NCBI GenBank assembly: GCA_951406725.2
Contig: OX597822.1
Location: 7,564,001-7,628,000, forward strand
Direction: 5' to 3'
Source: Octopus vulgaris
Lineage: Eukaryota
Length of the DNA: 64,000 bases
Shown: one piece after another, positions 1 through 12,390 of the stretch
Layout of the letters: each line of letters starts with the position of its first letter
Numbering within the stretch: position 1 is the first letter of the stretch
Translations under genes and position numbers: made by a program
Notes under the pieces: model-generated
Told to the model about the DNA's origin: nothing
What the model saw: only the letters and a program-made list of their open reading frames with translations
The model's database searches: none

Positions 1-92
1 GAAGACGAAGAAGAAGAAGAAGAAGAAGAAGAAGGAGAAGAAGAAGAAGAAGAAGAAGAGCAATAAGTGGAAGAAGAAGCAGAAGAAGAGGG
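1..92. repeat. (GAA)n microsatellite
   Basis: Near-perfect GAA tandem run with a few substitutions. Confidence 0.95.
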
Positions 93-324
93 AGTACGAA
101 ATCAAGAGAAAGAAAAATAAAAATGCGAGAGTTGTATGAACGTAGCAGGATGTTGGTGGAATCCTCTTAAGTAGTCAAGTGGCCTAAAAGTGACCTGTTG
201 CGGTTGTGATAGTAGTTGTGACAGGATTTGTTATGACGAAATTCATGGGTATTGAATTTTCTTTTTTTTATATTTGCCTGTGTATTTTTCCTAATGCCCT
301 TGTAATAGTGTCATTTGTGGTGTT

Positions 325-1125
325 TGCAATCAAAAGAGGTTTATATTTTGTAATAAATTATGACTCTTTGCTATTGTGCTGACAACACGTTGCATCGTCC
401 CTGAATTTATAGAGGGGAAAATTCTGAATCTCGGTTGTCTGTTAGTGACGCAAATGTCGATGTCTTCGCTGAATAATATTTTTCTGTATTCTTGAATTTT
501 GATCTAGGATTTATGTAGAGGCATGATTTGACGTAGACTGTTTTTGGTTTGGCCTATGTACTGTTCTCGACACCCAAAGCAAGTTAATAATATATTAAGT
601 TCTCCCAAACACGTGAGAAGTTTTTTTTCACTAAAACTATGACCCTGTTTGAAAGAGAACACTGATACCTCAATTAGGATGATGCATATAGCACATTTAA
701 TTCTTACGCCTTTTTTTATTGATGGCTTCAATGTTGTTGTCAAGTGTACTTGGGTTTGTGTTAGGAGACTTTTCATAGATTTGGGGTGTATTTTGCTCTT
801 TATGATGATGTGTATTAGAAGGATTAAATTCATTCTATGTTCCCTTTTTAGTAGTGATATATTCTGGAGGATGGTTTCGAAGGCTTCATTTTTAAGGGGG
901 CTGTGTATGGAGATGTATGCTAGGGCTTTTGGTCGTGAATCCTTTTTAATTTGGGATGTCTGTTTTTTTGGATATTTAGTTGTAGGTCACCTGTAAAGCC
1001 TATATCAATTATTGATAGTCGATATTTACTGGTACTGATTGTATTATTTATTTCATGTAGTCGTGTGTCCCTGTTGTTTGCATTAGAAATTATAGTACAA
1101 ATCCTTTTGGGGCAGGTGACAAGTC
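325..1125 (-). mobile_element. Penelope-like element 3' fragment (RT C-terminal linker plus GIY-YIG endonuclease), decayed
   Basis: Minus-strand ORF 504-833 contains NILLTCFGCREQYIGQTKNSLRQIM, a GIY-YIG signature. Downstream frames read FRIFPLYKF...KES*FITKYKPLL, a typical PLE endonuclease C-terminus. Stops and frameshifts are present. Confidence 0.8.
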
Positions 1126-1149
1126 GATTACATCTACGCCACCTCTCCA

Positions 1150-1252
1150 CCGGTATTTATTTAATCGACCCCGAAAGGATGAAAGGCAAAGTCGACATCG
1201 GCCGCTTATTTTTTTGCCCCGGGTGCTGAGGATTCCCCCAACTTGCCGCCTT
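1150..1252 (-). mobile_element. Partial tRNA-derived SINE, family S1
   Basis: Contains atcgaccccgaaaggatgaaaggcaaagtcgac, the reverse complement of the S1 core at 46329-46560. Confidence 0.75.
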
Positions 1253-1260
1253 AAAATAAT

Positions 1261-1419
1261 ACATTATTATAATATAATTAAGCAATCGAGTATATCTGTG
1301 TAACATTTTGAACTTAATAAAGAAATATTAAAGACAGTGGGGAATACTTTCACGAATCGTATTTGAAATTATTGCATCAACGAGAGCAAATGAGCAGACA
1401 TCCAATCAAATTCGATACA
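1261..1419. repeat. 159-bp direct repeat, copy 1
   Basis: Matches 2169-2327 with only a few substitutions. Confidence 0.95.
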
Positions 1420-1719
1420 CATTCTAGTGTGTCAGGAGTGGCACGAGTTGAACAGAAGGTATTGCTTGGAGACCGTGGGCGTATAGCATATATCTATTTC
1501 TATTTCGTTGTTACATTTCTTAATGAGAATGTCGGGGAATAGAAGTTGTTGATGACTATATTCCATCGTAAATTGAATGTTTAAGTCAGGTCCATTTATA
1601 AGTGCTTGAAATTATTTAAGTCTCTCTAGACTTTCATGCCAAAGAATGAAACAGTTATCCAGGTATCTCTTTTAGTGTATCTGTCTATCTTGCCACCTGC
1701 ATGTCGGTTTGTCTGTCTG

Positions 1720-1780
<61 letters not shown>

Positions 1781-1844
1781 ATATCAATTTATTCTCTCTC
1801 GCTGTCACTATATGTACACATATATATATATACAAGGGTTTGTT

Positions 1845-1892
<48 letters not shown>

Positions 1893-2168
1893 AATATTTA
1901 TGTATGCGTGTGTGTGTATATATACAGGTATATACATTCATGCACACACTTTTATATATATATATGCATGTATGTACCTACATACCCAGATACATACAGA
2001 CACTCACATATAACCGTCTGTGGCAAGTGTATTTATTTTTCCTTCGCCTAGTAATGTTGACAATCACATTGTGCTGTGTTATAACACCGTCTGTGTGATG
2101 TATTTCTAAACAGAAAGAGAATTGCATATGAATAGGTTATGCTATGTATATTGTCTAGAACATTAGAC

Positions 2169-2327
2169 ACATTATTATAATATAATTAAGCGATCGAGTA
2201 TATCTGTGTAACGTTTTGAACTTAATAAAGAAATATTAAAGACCGTGGGGAATACTTTCACGAATCGCATTTGAAATTATTGCATCAATGAGAGCAAATG
2301 AGCAGACATCCAATCAAATTCGATACA
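2169..2327. repeat. 159-bp direct repeat, copy 2
   Basis: Matches 1261-1419. Confidence 0.95.
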
Positions 2328-3722
2328 ATTACACATTTTGAATGACGAAAATTGCAGTATATGGGGAGATACAAATGGTTGACCTCTAAGCTATTATTTT
2401 GGCTTCGTATCTATTCTGATTATCTGTATATTATATCACTGCATAGTTTTCCTGTCAGACAAAATATCAATTTTCCTAAACATTGTAATTAGCCCGTACA
2501 TCATTTTCATCAGAGAGAAATATATTTCTTCAACCATTCATCATCATTTAAACTATAATGAATCTGTCAGGTATATTTAAAAACATCGTTATGTCTAATA
2601 TTCCCATGATTAAAGCGAAACATTTTCATAAACAAACAATTACGCACTACTTTAAAGCAGTATCTACCATTGATCTGTAATGCACAAGACAAAATGATTG
2701 AGATGAAAAGGTGGTCTTTCAAATATCAGCGTTCAACTGAAACTATACGTCAGTAATTGATTCCGGCAATGATTTACAGTTGAATTTTTATTTCAAACAT
2801 TCTAATATCTATTTTATCTTAATTTCCCGTTGTTTATGTTTCATGTTTGATATCATATGTTTTTTATTAAGTTTATTGATTTTGCTGTGAAATGATATGA
2901 TGTACTTGTGGCTTTTCCAAGCCCACTAAGAAGAGTTGAGATTGATGCAGTTAACTCTTCTCACAAACAGTTACAAATTTACGGTTGCAGATCACGAAAA
3001 TTCAGTGCAGGATTTCCTGGGGATAGGTCTATTAAGAGTAATGACAATGATTAGTATTTTGTACAAGGGCAGAATGTGTGTGCTGCATCTAGGAGAGAGG
3101 GGATGAAGTCTAAGAGGCAATTCTGCTTGTGGTGTATATGCTGATGGTATCAAAATAACAGCCGCTAGAAAGCCTGCCATTCAAATTTACGCGTGTGCTG
3201 TTTACTCTTTTCACGTTATATACGTCCGCACACTCTCACACACAGAAACACACAAAACACACACACCGACACACAGACACAGACACACATACAAATACAC
3301 ACACTCACATTCACATACACACACGCACACAAATATATATTAGAAAGAGACAAAGAACAAGTAAAATATGGTATCAATTTACACCATGACGTTCATAATT
3401 CAATCAAAATTGCTGAGTAGTTAGAGTGAATAAGGGGTTAAGAAGTGTGCCGTATAGTCACTTAGAGTAGTTTCTACGCCTAATGAGCAGGTGGAATATA
3501 AGCTATTGAGGTAAGAGTTCTATGTAAGCCAATGTTTCCGTTTTCGCAGAGAAAGCAGTCAGGAATATTCATATTAAAAGATATTAGTAGTTATCAGTTC
3601 ATTGGAAAACGAAAGAACATTGTTATCGAAAGATAGGGGCCCCGTTATCGGAAAATGAAGAAAATCCTATTGAAAAGTTAATACCAGTTAGCAGTCCCAT
3701 TGCTGAAGAATCAAGGTATATG

Positions 3723-3934
3723 TTTTTCTACTCTAGGCACAAGGCCCGAATTATTCGGGAGAGGGGCCAGTGGATTAAATTGACCCCAGTACGCAAATGA
3801 TACTTAATTTATCGATCCCGAAAGGATGAAAGACAAAGTCGACCTCGGCGGAGTTAGAATGCAGAACGTAAAGACAGACGAAATATTGCTAAGCATTTCG
3901 CCTGGCGTGCTAACGTTTCTGCCAACTCACCACA
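3723..3934 (-). mobile_element. tRNA-derived SINE, family S1 (Meta/Sauria-core-like)
   Basis: Reverse complement aligns with 46329-46560: tRNA-like head plus the gtcgactttgtctttcatcctttcgggatcgataaattaagt core. Confidence 0.85.
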
Positions 3935-4229
3935 TGAATCAAGGGACGTTCTTAGTGAAAGTTAATATTAGTGACCAGTTCCATTGTCATACATACGTAT
4001 CACATTACTTCCTTTTAATTATATAATTTGATAAGCACATTTATTGTAGATGTTTACAGATATGATGCAACTAACACGCATTCATCTTTTTCTTGATACA
4101 GAACATATGTTCAGACTATGCAGTGATATCCATTTGAAAAATCCTGAAGAAATTGCCCGAAACTTTGTCATTGGATGCTATATACGAAACAGAACGGCTC
4201 ATCACTTAACAGTGGGAAATTCTCCGTAG

Positions 4230-5175
4230 TTCTTATATAACTTAATGCCATTTTGAAGATGGCTACCACTGCATATTTGTTTCTGCCTTCATTCTGGGCT
4301 GTAGATTTTTAACTTTTGGCCCTTCTCCCACTAGCTAATTATGTCACATTGAGGTAATCTTTTCTTTATGACTGCTACGTTGCTAGTTCCGACCTTATAT
4401 TACATCATGAGGTGTCCATAGTTGGGGGCAGTAGTCTAAACGACTGAGAGCCAATGTCCTCTTCAGAACATTTCCTGTTCTCTGGTTCTGAATGATCTAA
4501 GGATCGATCCCATCAACCCCCCCTACATTTTATCATGTATTATGCACATGGAAATAGGCATCATTACGTATATGAATTCCAGGTCTGGAACTGATTTTGG
4601 TTCAAGGGTTACTACCTCTCCAGGGTCAGTATATCTTCTTTCAATTTCATTTAACTTCACGTGCTGGTATCGAAGGACATGGAATGTTACAACTTTAAAC
4701 CGCATTCTATTATTCTCAGGGCACCTGTATATTGCGTCCAGTTCTTCTTGCAGGAGCGCAAAATCTCTAGGGCTCTGTTCTCTCAGAGAGACATTTGTAT
4801 TTACTGCATTACTATAGAGAGTGACTATCTGTGGAGATGAGGACATGTCTAATAGGGCCACTGTGAATAGCAGTGACACCATGAAAGTGCCCTGTAGCAC
4901 ATCACTCAGCATTTATGTTTCTTTGGAAGCAGCCCGTTTGCCTACTACTCGCGTAGCCACTCTTGTAACATATCCCAATATGGATAAACTTATAAAAGGC
5001 TTTTGTAAAGTCAAGATACATCACGTTCACATCCGAGATGCTGAGAATCTTATTTAATACCCAAGCGAAGTGCTTTAGAATTGTATCAGGCAATTTATAC
5101 CTGGTGGAAAACAATGCTAGGTATGAGGTTAGAGAGATAAGCCTATAGCTTTCATTATTTGCTCTGCTTCTTATT
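4230..5175 (-). mobile_element. CR1/Jockey-group LINE reverse transcriptase fragment, decayed
   Basis: Minus-strand peptides SYRLISLTS, DVNVMYLDFTKAFYKFIH, LSDVLQGTFMVSLLF (SGVPQG-like), and LQEELDAIYRCPENNRMRF (LQxDLxxxxxWxxxNxMxF-like). Confidence 0.75.
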
Positions 5176-5194
5176 TTATGAATAAGGAATGGAA

Positions 5195-5262
<68 letters not shown>

Positions 5263-5375
5263 GTATGTATAGACAGCATAAAAATAACAAATAACAAGAC
5301 GACAATGACATGTAGAAATGGAATGTATTAACGTGAAGATCAGTAAATATGGAAAATAAATAATAATTGCGGTTG

Positions 5376-5410
5376 CTTTTACGTTCCGAGCGTGGATCTT
5401 CGTGTGAAAG
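5376..5410 (-). ncRNA. Degenerate minimal hammerhead-like motif (family H4) in a ~350-bp insert between (TA)n arrays
   Basis: Minus strand reads CTTT-CACACGAA-GATC cac GCTC-GGAA-CG-TA-AAAG. It aligns with 24016-24050, but the core is mutated. Confidence 0.4.
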
Positions 5411-5623
5411 AGGAGAAAGTGTAGGTCCGGAAAAGGAAAAAATATTCCAAGAAATGCACATGTCTCGTTACATGACTGACGTGACCGCACTTTGAGAGAT
5501 ATAAAGCAGTTTTTAACACAAGTGAGTGTAAAAATAGCCATTGTGTGTGTCTCAGTATGGTATATGCGAGTGTTTGTATGGGAGTGGTGTATGCGTAAGA
5601 TAGTGGTCTCGGCGATATATATA

Positions 5624-5674
<51 letters not shown>

Positions 5675-7668
5675 AAGGAATTTTAATAAAGGATAATAGA
5701 GATGTATGTATCTATGTGTGTGTGTACCCCAATATGCCCAGAAAGAATCCGAAGTTTTAAGAGATCATATTCTCAGCCAGAACGTGTATCATGCCTGCAA
5801 CGGTCGATGTATCCATGAGAGTACAGGTCTTTCAGTCTTTCATCATCTACATCAGGTCATATCAATCATTGTGTCAAAGGTTGTAATAACTGATGTCAAC
5901 ATTGTGCAATTTCAATGATGAAAGATTTGAAAGAAAGACATCTTTACTTGAAATTTAAGTTCAAGTAAATGAAATCGTTTGCGGGTATGCTTTGATGTTT
6001 GTGATAGCTTTACAAGAAGTAGTATTCTGCAATACGTTAATTGTTAGTAGTCTGTGAGTGATATGAAATATCACGGTTCCTACCAGATTTCCGAATCTAG
6101 AAGGATATTTATCGAAGATAATCACAAGTTTTGATGGCATTCCACAGTAATGAAAATATTATATTGCAAAATATCATAATGTAATCAGAGACAATCCTTG
6201 TTTGATTATCATTGAAGAATCAGAAGAAATATATATTCTAGAATTGTTGGTTCACATGATTACATCGCTGGTGTAACGCGCTGCTTCAGAATCTGTGCAC
6301 GGTGTCCGCAGATCGACATAAAAATATGATGTGTTCTTTGAGTGCATTGTTTCCTCCAGTTTCACAGTCCATCTTGAATTCACTTCGGGCAAAAGAAGAG
6401 TTTAATTAAAATTTGCTCCGGGATACCCGAATCTCTAACTGTAATTGCATTTTAGAATATACTGCAATGCTAGATAATATATTGGGAGCTCAAACGTATA
6501 TCGACGATGAACGGACGGAAGAGGTTAATTTTTATAGACAAGACTTACTAACCTTTGAACAAAAAGCTATCTTTTATATATTTGAGAAACGTATAGGATT
6601 GATTTCAATGATGATCTGTAGCACAAAATATTGGTTCCTATTCCTCCTATCACCACTCACAGTTTCTAAGTCGTTTTGTGGATAATAGTTACGTAGCATT
6701 ATTGATATTTACAACCAATCTTCGTTGATTCGAAGACATCAATGATCTTAAGAAACATCTCAGCCTCACAATTTATGATTTCCTCTACAATGCATCTATT
6801 AATTCTAAGTTCATTTAAGCGACATTTTATACTCTTAGATTCCTTAACTTAGATTTCTTAGATTTCTTCAGTGAAGTTTGAGAAAATATATCAATCATTG
6901 GCTAGTTGAACAAGAATTTCTTATATTCCCCTATAATAGCATGTTAATTGGCATGTAAGCTCCATATAATTAGCTAATTCTATAGGATCCAAATTACGGT
7001 GAGGGAGATTCTATTTAGGAGACATTACGTATCAGATTGGTTCAAATTTAATTCTATATAAGTTATCACTGCATGATTCGTTATCTGAAGTAAAAGCAAC
7101 ATTCTTAACTTCAGTGATTATATGTGAGCCAGATGTATTTGTAAGTCTATCATTATATACTTAAGTCTCATCGTTAACCTGAAAGGATTTCAACAGAGTT
7201 AGGAATCTAAATCCAAATTTGTCATCATGTTACGCAAATCCATTAAACAAACCTTTCATTATCGTAAAGCTCTGAAAAATTGATTGATGCTTTCATTTTT
7301 ACTTGACAAGTTAGATTAAGACGTAATTCTAATCACAAATTTTGATATTTCAATGTAAAATCGTTAATGGCTTATTTTAATTTTGAATAATTCATTCCAC
7401 TTCGATTAATAGTTAACTTCATAAAATGTTACTGCATATATAGGGAATATTAGCAAAAGTATAACAAAACTATGATAAAGTAATAGTGTATTACACCAAT
7501 TGCTACGCAATATTCAAAACAGTAACCATATTCCCCGCCAGGTAAAGAACTACAGTTAAAATGCTCAGTTTCCGATAATACAGTTCTATATTTAAGAAAT
7601 GAGGAATTATTTACATTATTTACATTATTTACATTATACGGATAGTTGTCCTCATCTTGTTTGTTGTT

Positions 7669-7716
7669 AACACAGCGTTTCGGCTGATGTAATCTCAGGC
7701 CTTCATCAGGTTTCTT
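7669..7716 (-). ncRNA. Minimal type-I hammerhead ribozyme motif (H1), cleavage triplet mutated
   Basis: Minus strand: aagaaac-CTGATGA-a-ggcctgagattacatcagcc-GAAA-cg-ct-gtgtt. Confidence 0.7.
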
Positions 7717-7802
7717 GGGGAAATTTGGATCCTGGGTTCTCATTCCTGAGGTATTTTTCGATGTTCTTTTTGTTGTTGCTGTTATAATTATTATTATTAT
7801 TG

Positions 7803-7902
<100 letters not shown>

Positions 7903-7922
7903 TTGATTCCAGGCAGTGACAT

Positions 7923-8001
<79 letters not shown>

Positions 8002-8029
8002 CAACAATAATAATAATAATAATAATAAC

Positions 8030-8060
<31 letters not shown>

Positions 8061-8120
8061 GCAACAGCAACAACATCGAAAAACACCTTAGGGATGAGAA
8101 CCCAGATTCGAAATTTCCCC

Positions 8121-8168
8121 AAGACACCTGATGGAGGCTGAAGGGTATATCAGCCGAAACGTTGTGTT
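8121..8168 (+). ncRNA. Minimal type-I hammerhead ribozyme motif (H1), one core change
   Basis: GACAC-CTGATGGA-GGCTGA(agggtata)TCAGCC-GAAA-CG-TT-GTGTT. Stem I is GACAC/GTGTT, stem II has 6 bp, and stem III is the palindrome AACGTT. Confidence 0.75.
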
Positions 8169-9709
8169 AACTCAAAAAACAAGATGAGGACAAATATCAG
8201 TCAAATATAAATAATTTAAATAATGCACAGCCTCGGAGTTGTCTAGATTTTGGATCGAATCTCCTGAAAGGCACAATGGGCGTGTGTAGAATTTCGTGCG
8301 CGGTTCGGTGTGAATGACGTGTTGTAATGGCCAGCTACGTTAATCTAACCAAAATTCTTGGAGCTACTAATGGAACTAAAATTCCTGTTACGGATTTTAC
8401 ATTTGTATCCCTGCCTTGTTCAGTGATTCTTGGAGGGTACTTACCGGAACTAGCTGCGGAAAGGGAGTTCCCAGCTCGCTGAGTCGAGAATCTGTTGTAC
8501 TTTTGAGAAAAGACCTGAGTAAATTACGTGTATTTAAATTCAAATCGTGGTCGCCGCGTACGATTACATTTCACAAATAATGCTAAAATAATTCTAACCA
8601 TGTATTGCTTAGATTGTACCTGATATTTTTCAAAAAGCAACATATTCCAACAACCCCATTTTTAAAAAAAATAGATATGAATACATATCTCACCGATATT
8701 CCAACCTACACACAGATACAGACACAGAAACACTATTTTTCTTCTCTTACTCGGCATATAATATTATGTAACAACACTTCATGTAATTTAAATAGATATT
8801 TTCTCATACGTTCGGTTGTTATTCAGTGAATAGCTATAAACTATACGCTCAGATTGACTCACATGCATAAATGTTGCGGCTCTTTTGTAATCCGCCATAC
8901 GCATTAATCATATTTTCTCTCGAGATCTGACCCATCCACTAACGGGCGAATAATTATCGCATCATTCAGTAAGCAGTGACATATCCAACATGTTAGAAAG
9001 CATCTCATTCTCTGGCAATATGCTCTTTGCTTTAGCTATTATTGCTATTATCGACAAAATTTTGAAAATGTTTTCAGTGAACAGTTAAAGAAAAAAATAA
9101 AGCAATTTATTGACTACTTCGTTAGAAAATTAAACACTCGAGTATATTGTGCGGCAGTTAATTAATCGAATTCTCAACTTAAATAAATATAATTAGAACA
9201 TGAGTATAATGCAATCAAATTTTCAATTAGATGAGGTTTTAAGCATTAAAATTCCATTGACTTTCTATTTCTTACTATGTTCTGTTCTCCCATTCTTCCT
9301 CTCCTTTTCATTCAGTTTCATTTTTTTTTGATATTTCCCTATATGCAGTTCTCTGTCAAAAACAGAAACAAAATCTCTTTAACAGCCACTCTTCTGTCTC
9401 TTCAAAAACATCACATCGCTAGGTTTCGAATTTTCTCATGTCAGGGTAATTTCTTTTTTTAGCTCTACATTTGTTACTAAATAGAATGTAGATATTTATG
9501 TAACTTACTTTCTTCGAGTTATTGGTAAACCAAACTATAATTATTTGCTTCATTAATATTCAATAATTTAACACAAAATCATACTTCCTTTATTCGGCCC
9601 CATAAAATCCCTTATTATTGCTGACATGAGGAGCAAAATTCTATTTTGTTAACAATTGTTGGTGTGTCGCAAAATAGGTTCTGTGTACTTGAAAATTCTA
9701 CACTGATTA

Positions 9710-10800
9710 TGAAGGCGTGATAATAAAGCAATGAAATCGCGCCTGCATTACTTTCAACTCTCCTTATTAATAACTGCGTTGTGACTTTCCTGGTAAATAG
9801 TCCTCTGATTGTTCAAAGAAAACGTAACTAGTAGAGACTTCTCTTTAAAATGGGCAGAATTTACCATTGCAGTGTTATCATGTGCTTGTGTAAAAAGAGG
9901 TTTATCCCCCAAGGAAATTCATGCTTACATGCTGGCTACTTTAGTGAAGAACATTCCAGCTTTATCAACAGTGCAAAAGTGCGCAGATGAATTTTGCGGA
10001 GTCGTGAAGATAATCTAAGGTATCGATGCCCTTTGTCTGCCACCAACGAGAGGAAAACATAGACTGTGTTCACCACATGGTGATAGCTGTCAGGCAACTG
10101 GCTATACATTAAATAGCCAATGCTATTAGCGTAACTCGTGAGGGAGTTGAGAATATACTGTTCAATGAAATTGGCATGACGAAGGTTTTCTGCTCGATAG
10201 ACGCTACGTTTTCTGATATCAGATCACATCACGAAAAAATTTTGGAATTTTTGGAGGCAGATCCAGCTGGTGCCTTGAACGTTTTCTAACGCAAAATAAA
10301 TGTTGGGTTCATCGCTTTGGGGGGAAGAAGGACAATCAATGTAGCGCTCCAAACAGGGCGAAAGTCATTTCATCTGCAGGGAAGGTAATAATATACGGTT
10401 GTGTTTATTGATTATCTTTAGAAAGGCTAAACAATCAGTTATGTAAACTTGATAAGGCAGCTATCGAACGGCCTAGAAAATTGACGAAAGGGTCCTTGTT
10501 TGTCATGACAATGTTGTAGAACACAAACCCTTGTTTCATTGGCTGCTGTGCATGTTTCTGGCATTGAACCCCTTGATTACCCTCCCTATTCTCCTGGGTT
10601 GGCCTATCTGACTATTATCTGTAACCCAACATCAAAAGAAAAATACTTGGCTGGGAAGTAATATCACAATGATGATGACATCGTATCAGTTGTTTATGAT
10701 TAACAGGATGAAAGATTCTTCACCTAAGGGATACAATCAGTGCAACACCGGTGGAGAAATGGTGGCTATTTTGAAAACTATACCTCATTTAGTTTATATC
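9710..10800 (+). mobile_element. Mariner (DD34D) transposase relic
   Basis: GLSPKEIHA...ATL...PALSTVQKCADEF N-terminus, then KCWVHRF, HDN and YPPYSPGLA (YSPDLAP-like) motifs in shifting frames. Confidence 0.8.
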
Positions 10801-10804
10801 TGAA

Positions 10805-11190
10805 ATCACATGTACGCGAAATGGCGATCTCATAAGAAGATAAACAGCGCTTGACCTTGCAGGTGGGACCCCAGTTAAAACGTTTTTTTAGGTCGAGTAG
10901 CCCATTCTGCTCAAAAGGTCTCTGTTTAAGGATGTTGAACGAAACACCAATGTTTCCAAAGAAGAATTATCCAAACTCCAAATAATTCCTCTAAACACAT
11001 GGCAATGATGCTCCCCAAATATTTCTGCTCGTGATCAGAAATGCACATATCGTCAGTCACTAAGGGACATGCTCAAATTGTTAAGATGAAACAAGTGACA
11101 ATCAAATCTCTGGTTTTACAGCAGAATATTTAGTGTAGCCCATCTTTTAAACGAACAGAAATCAATGTAATTAACATTTCAATTCAGTTC
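10805..11190 (-). mobile_element. Unclassified interspersed repeat, diverged copy of 16170-16598
   Basis: Shares blocks such as gagtagccca..gctcaaaaggtctctg and ttctgctcgtgatcaga.atgcacatatcgtcag.cactaagggacatgctcaa. Confidence 0.8.
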
Positions 11191-11499
11191 AGATGAGAAT
11201 CCATGAGAATCTCTGCCTAGTACTGCATCTCTTATTATTTTCATTACCATCTTCTTTCAATTCTGTTTGCACTTCTTGCTGAGTGTCTTCCTCAAAGCTA
11301 AGGCACAGAAATGCACTGTATACATTGGTATGCCATCAAAATAAACACACCAGATTGTTCATTCAGAAGGAACATGTGGTAGAGAAAAAGGGGGAGAAAG
11401 TCAGAGCGAAAAGCGAAAAAAAAATCAAAAATCAAAAATGTAAGCGAAGAAAATAAAAGTGAAAAAAGGAAAGGAAATTCACAGCGACCATGCTCCTCA

Positions 11500-11760
11500 C
11501 AGGATGTGTAACGTAGCAGTTAAAACAATATTTGGTATGCAAATCTAGCGATCATTTTAAAATAATCTTCAGTTCCTTTTTTTATCATTCCGAGTGCTCC
11601 TACAATCATTGGTATTGTAAATGTCTTCAAATGCCACATCTTTTCGATTTCAATTGGCAAATGTTCATATTTTCGGAGCTTATCAAACTCTTTTGGCGAG
11701 ATATTATGCTCATGTCAATAAATAAACATATATTATTGTTTTCGTTATGTCTCCATTTTG
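11500..11760 (-). mobile_element. R4/Dong-type LINE restriction-like endonuclease C-terminal fragment
   Basis: Minus strand reads CLFIDMSI...KEFDKLRKYEHLPIEIEKMWHLKTFTIPMIVGALGMIKK, homologous to 32800-32970. Confidence 0.75.
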
Positions 11761-11839
11761 AAGTAAAAATCCGAATGCAATTTTCGTAGGAAGAAAACTG
11801 ACAAGTAACGTGAATATTATCTGTAGATATGACGACTTC

Positions 11840-11912
<73 letters not shown>

Positions 11913-11944
11913 ACATATATATATATATATATATATATAATCAT

Positions 11945-12390
11945 AATTGTTAAGTACTATGTTTCTAGTTTGATAATAGAGTTTATTATAAGTAAAATTA
12001 TTATATTATTTATATCTTAAAAATATTGTTTACATATTTCTGATTATTTTTCAGATATTTCAATTAACCTGAAGATTGACTGTAACCATAACTCGAATTA
12101 TTAATTGAATTTAAATTATTGTTATTCGAATTGTACAGCCATGAAACGATCGTAGTGTTTTACACTTTATCTTTTATTAAACTTTTAATACTTTCGATAT
12201 ATATTTAAAATAATATAAATGAAATTAATTTTATGTATTGGCTTATGTTTTTCATTGTTTGATTTGCATAATAGTGGTTTTATCTCTAATTTAATATAAT
12301 ATAATATATTTATACTATAAAATTGGATTTAATCCTAATACTGATTTTTCCCTGTAAGTTTGGATTTATTCCCTAATATTTTATTATTAA
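11945..12390 (+). mobile_element. AT-rich non-coding element (family H3) between (TA)n arrays, carrying a hammerhead-like motif
   Basis: Homologous to 48870-49310. Its 3' part also occurs, inverted, at 20205-20412. Confidence 0.7.
12063..12160 (+). ncRNA. Type-I hammerhead-like motif with long stem II (H3)
   Basis: CTGAAGA-ttgactgta...tacagccat-GAAA-CGATCG-TA-gtg. Stem III is the palindrome ACGATCGT with a GUA triplet. Stem I is weak. Confidence 0.6.

Noticed and set aside
1636-2098. ORFs with long YI/HT/CV runs (also at 5171-5686, 19018-19496, 21113-21454, 45537-45860, 50553-50894, 63168-63411)
   Set aside because: They are translations of (TA)n, (CA)n and (TACA)n microsatellites, which lack stop codons in some frames.
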